From NCBI GenBank assembly GCA_040285745.1, contig JAUFOR010000002.1:62001-126000 (forward strand): 64,000 nt of DNA, in the 5' to 3' direction. Below the pieces are notes generated by a model. That model ran no database searches. It was not told the DNA's origin and worked only from the letters and a program-made list of their open reading frames with translations. Positions 61,301 through 64,000 of this stretch are shown piece by piece. A program made the translations under genes and the position numbers. This stretch comes from Barthelona sp. PCE (lineage: Eukaryota). Every line of letters begins with the position of its first letter. The first letter of the stretch is position 1.

Positions 61301-62947
61301 CAGGCAGAGCCAGAGCACATGCGACGACGCCCAGCCCTCTTTGTCATTAACACACGCGCTGATGGTATATCGGCAACCCGCCTTATTGATGAACTCACGA
61401 TGCGGGTTCTGAGGAGACGGTACACAAAGAACCTCGGCGTTTCATTTAGCACACGTGCAAGTATCGACATGGCCGTCGTCACAGAAGTCTTCAGCGATTC
61501 TGCAGTGTTAACAATCAAGGATTTTTCAGAGGAAATTAGCGCCCGTTACCCATCTGTTTTGCAGCCTGTGATTCCACATATGCGTTGCCTCATGCAGCGT
61601 CGACCTGCCGTTCCAATGTGGGCGCATCTCGTCGAGGCAGGCTTCATCAACAACGATTTATTGGAGAAATTCGAAAAGGCAATTGAAAAGTATGAGAGTG
61701 ATGTTCAGCAACGTGACATGTCCTTTTCCGCAGGCGCCGAGCAACAACGCATGATCCCGAACACCGAATCTGTTGATACTGCTCTGGAAACCACAGTTAC
61801 CAACTTGGCTGAGATGGATCTCAACGCCAGCATGGATAGCTATTATGATGAAGCTGTTCGCTCACTCAGTGAGAGCCGCGACTCCCTGCGCACATCTCAG
61901 AAGATGATTGACAAGTACTATAGCGAGACCAAGCACATTGAGTCGGTTGAGAAGAACCAACCCCAACTGAACGATGCTCTTGATAGCAACACGACCAACT
62001 TCTTCCGCTCGTCAGAGGCAGCCCCTTTCCATGAGCAGCAGCGTACGGCGCAGACAAAGCGCACATCAGAAGAGATTCTAAGAAATCCAAAGGCGAGCTT
62101 CAAGACCGACAGTAATGTTTTAATGAGATACAAGCTCGATGTCACACGCAAGGAGGAGCTACATGAACTGCGCTCCTTTGGCATTTCGAACATTTCTGAG
62201 AAAAACATGGCGAGAGCCAGCCCCCGTGTCAAGAGCACACGTAAAAAGGTACGTCGTCCATCTGCAATGGCCCAAAAACCCACGGTTTATGCCCCCATTA
62301 TGCACTCGAACGAGCCTACGCCAATTGCTAACAGGCACCAACGAAAGAATCTAACAGACACCGCGCGAAAGATCGATAGGAGAATGAAGGCGAACAGAGC
62401 CGTCGCTGTCCCGCCTGCAACAGGAGCTACGTTCCTCGAGACTGTGGCCATCAAACCGAGCGAGGTCGACTTTGGATCTATCGCAAATGGTGGTAACTAC
62501 AAGCTCACAGTTAGTATTCAAAACATACACACCCGCAAGGTTCGTGTTAGGATGGCACATGTGCCCAAGCATTTAGAAAATGCAATCAAGTACAAGGTGC
62601 CTGTACCAATCATGCCAGGTCTGACCTCGAATCTCTCCATCTATGTTAGGAGCTCTGAGTTACCATTTAACGAACTATTCTCTTTCGAGGTTTCTATCGA
62701 GACAGAAACAGCTGTGTATAATCTTCCGTTGTACGCGCAAGTTGTTAACCATGAGGATGTACGCGACCACTCAAACCACTCGACCAATCCCAAGGTAGTT
62801 TGTGTATCATACAAGCATGTTGATAGGGCTGTGAGAGAGACAGATGACGAAGATTCATTTGATGCTAAATTCGATTACAGAAACCCAGAAGACCTATCAA
62901 TGGATGAGATCGACAACGTTTTGGAAAAAACTGTCAGTAGATACTAA
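58367..62947 (+). CDS. SPAG17/PF6-like axonemal central-pair protein
   Basis: Beta-hairpin DG-repeat region (TQRSDGTV), PALFVI..RADG motif, and C-terminal PapD/ASH-like domain (PSEVDFG...IQN...PGL...YNLPLYAQV). Confidence 0.65.
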   Translation: MTETLNFVLLGHTKLEEVMKVLESSPFPKVDVHSFNQIIKNATINKTSPVMNELKAIGENDTVPTSIFKQAYEFYLSDVEKSGTSTGGKKTKAKNKGKQPQTSTFNPPNLLPDEIKAVHLYTYDEDSTHEITTQEQFNVLCGYVNICFDGLITCNRKFTNFSTMAPDSGFYSLDIHDPVAEEDAQQVATTLYETIITHIFSKHMYQCFLENSMIVSISDVDVAPEVSGYYEDSNATSVASVLDSLLDAIQFGQDPSLVAEPEQTLKPRIFDDLTVSTDVNREILGREDRVYLSWLKALSPEFESETEDNPMLRSTRVELAHYLPTVFKKSPETMENYTPTAQELTQTDNVLHLLEFRDLLESKNTVVPPHLAVSTCTGSAQFNSVDLARVLFEQYTKPSIASSQYDSSLLLATGIQSQPSKGPFVVSKGKELSLPIICKYAEWQQLNNSAVSSEAQRVLLQLTPEPVVEDKEEEEGPLSVDYTPFIKTLRAIGVTDTKYYDLELEAKKEEDVAEMYICDRSDITIAKEGVSVTYDGTIVEHSANGTVSYLNSGERVDINDNLMTVLDGQRNVVGIDSETDTGIVDFNDTQIGVSFAEGFIELEDVRYYLDGRMQKEGVMIAKDGVRTETVVEMVEREIGTGKKKETVVEQKVVTKKHTPLMLATTKFESNIDKTDECSVTQRSDGTVYLEDVDATEVVQYALPGNKTLRVTRFKPTVIDETVFERSYRPNTLTFGNHIMTVVEIVVEMDGIPSMHFIYDRDNPEIMLCSIIRLMKDVQVEYVPKSMRANGAFEAIWSNMPFMGVDTRSGKLRVHQENVVSFETFALQDAYEYFEEHNGIVPVYVKDEMARLGIHYFHSYDCEIDFSKLAVKDKCEGAQIYSTCDFEQNVYVLHTDGLFVQHRTDYMVAQTEAATVVEESPAAPVMDEATEEVETEDIPAPRMAMSVDEARTVLDEEFDNDSDINPEYADELRANDDIKQAEPEHMRRRPALFVINTRADGISATRLIDELTMRVLRRRYTKNLGVSFSTRASIDMAVVTEVFSDSAVLTIKDFSEEISARYPSVLQPVIPHMRCLMQRRPAVPMWAHLVEAGFINNDLLEKFEKAIEKYESDVQQRDMSFSAGAEQQRMIPNTESVDTALETTVTNLAEMDLNASMDSYYDEAVRSLSESRDSLRTSQKMIDKYYSETKHIESVEKNQPQLNDALDSNTTNFFRSSEAAPFHEQQRTAQTKRTSEEILRNPKASFKTDSNVLMRYKLDVTRKEELHELRSFGISNISEKNMARASPRVKSTRKKVRRPSAMAQKPTVYAPIMHSNEPTPIANRHQRKNLTDTARKIDRRMKANRAVAVPPATGATFLETVAIKPSEVDFGSIANGGNYKLTVSIQNIHTRKVRVRMAHVPKHLENAIKYKVPVPIMPGLTSNLSIYVRSSELPFNELFSFEVSIETETAVYNLPLYAQVVNHEDVRDHSNHSTNPKVVCVSYKHVDRAVRETDDEDSFDAKFDYRNPEDLSMDEIDNVLEKTVSRY

Positions 62948-62965
62948 TGTAAATTATTTATATTT

Positions 62966-64000
62966 TTACTCTTCATACTCTTCATACTCAACTACTTCAT
63001 CCCTAACATTCACATGTATGCATTTGGTCAGCTTTGGGATTTCGTCAACTTCTTTTGTTGCTGAAAAAGTACGCTTTCGGAGTGAAAACATGCCTCTTCT
63101 CCTTTCTGCTCTAGGTTTATACTCAATTGAAAATCCTGGTAGCTCTTCATCCAATATAACATTAACTTCACACTTCCCCTTTGGAATCTGCATTACATCC
63201 AACGGAGTGGTTGATTTCTCTGCAACATCAAAAACTGTAACCAGGCATCCAGCACGGCGAACGGCACAAAGTGCAAACTTTGTAAGGGAGTACCATATGG
63301 ACGATATTTGCTCATTACGATAATCAGAATCAAAAGTACATATCTGCTGCAATGCAGAATTATAAACAGCAACATTCATGTCTTCGTCCAAAATGACGCA
63401 GTATTCATCACTGTCTGTAACATATTGTCCTGTTATCTCGGCGGCATGGGGCTCTGTAAGCAACTCAACCGATAGTAATTGGAACTTATCGTAGGACCGT
63501 AAGGCACGTTTTCCACTCATGATTTGAACAGTGTTTTCTTTCACAAACGTCACATCATCAATCAAAGAAATTCGAGAACTGCTGAAAACACATTCACCTG
63601 TTTCGTTACAATATATGCTTACTTTCTTATCAACGACAAGAGCTGAGAATAAATTGCTTGCATACACTGCTGAATGCTTTTTATGCCCCAAAGATCCAAC
63701 TTTTGCAATCCTGTCAAATGGAAGGAGGCCAACAAACGAAATCGAAGATGATTCAGCATTAAACTTGACAATGCTATTGCCAACAACAGTAATGTCTTGA
63801 TGTGAAAACCTAGGGACGCATTTGTGGACCAATTCTACTGCTTTTGTTCGACAATTAAGGGTATAAACACCCAGATCGCAATGTAAAGCGACGATTGTTT
63901 CATCACTCACGAACTCAACACTTGAGATATAGAAGTCAACTGACTTTTCAGTGACTAACTGGAGCTCGCCGTTTCTGAGGCTCATCACATACACTGTTCC
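62966..64000 (-). CDS. Divergent beta-propeller-like protein; 3' part only, begins beyond the window end
   Basis: Frame is open to the window edge; repeated short beta-strand pattern. Confidence 0.6.
   Translation of the reverse strand, partial: GTVYVMSLRNGELQLVTEKSVDFYISSVEFVSDETIVALHCDLGVYTLNCRTKAVELVHKCVPRFSHQDITVVGNSIVKFNAESSSISFVGLLPFDRIAKVGSLGHKKHSAVYASNLFSALVVDKKVSIYCNETGECVFSSSRISLIDDVTFVKENTVQIMSGKRALRSYDKFQLLSVELLTEPHAAEITGQYVTDSDEYCVILDEDMNVAVYNSALQQICTFDSDYRNEQISSIWYSLTKFALCAVRRAGCLVTVFDVAEKSTTPLDVMQIPKGKCEVNVILDEELPGFSIEYKPRAERRRGMFSLRKRTFSATKEVDEIPKLTKCIHVNVRDEVVEYEEYEE

Noticed and set aside
62966-64000. Idea that this propeller-like ORF is the missing WD40 half of the BEACH protein
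   Set aside because: No recognisable NSMAF-type WD40 motifs, the gene is incomplete in the window, and there are no linking splice signals.
1-64000. Prokaryotic systems (operons, CRISPR, defence islands), mobile elements, alternative genetic code
   Set aside because: Gene content is eukaryotic; no repeat-spacer arrays, transposase/RT motifs or terminal repeats were seen; TAA, TAG and TGA all end genes at plausible C-termini.

Overview
This is a 64-kb piece of a very compact, almost intron-less eukaryotic genome using the standard genetic code. It holds about 32 protein-coding genes on both strands, separated by short AT-rich spacers. Ciliary genes (SHIPPO/STPG-repeat protein, KATNIP, SPAG17/PF6-like) indicate a flagellated protist. 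One clear spliceosomal intron with the branch point tightly coupled to the 3' splice site, plus recurrent (A/T)GTRAAY motifs at gene ends, suggests a metamonad/Fornicata-like organism (inference). Recognisable genes include a Polo-like kinase, UFM1, TatD, phosphoserine aminotransferase, a secreted EEP nuclease, XPG/Rad2, a shortened Cdc5/Cef1, two USP deubiquitinases, SPCS2, an RNF5-like ligase, Akirin, a BEACH protein and a 5'-nucleotidase. The most notable observations are: a minimal REC114-like meiotic protein; a tRNA dimethylallyltransferase-aminoacylase fusion; a catalytically dead calpain ending in a villin headpiece; a spliced gene with a FLOE1/DUF1421-like layout; a giant surface protein with prokaryote-style domains; a stand-alone ArgRS-type leucine zipper; and a true 54-bp coding overlap of two convergent genes. 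No rRNA, tRNA, CRISPR array or mobile element could be supported. All family calls come from motif recognition by eye, not from database searches.
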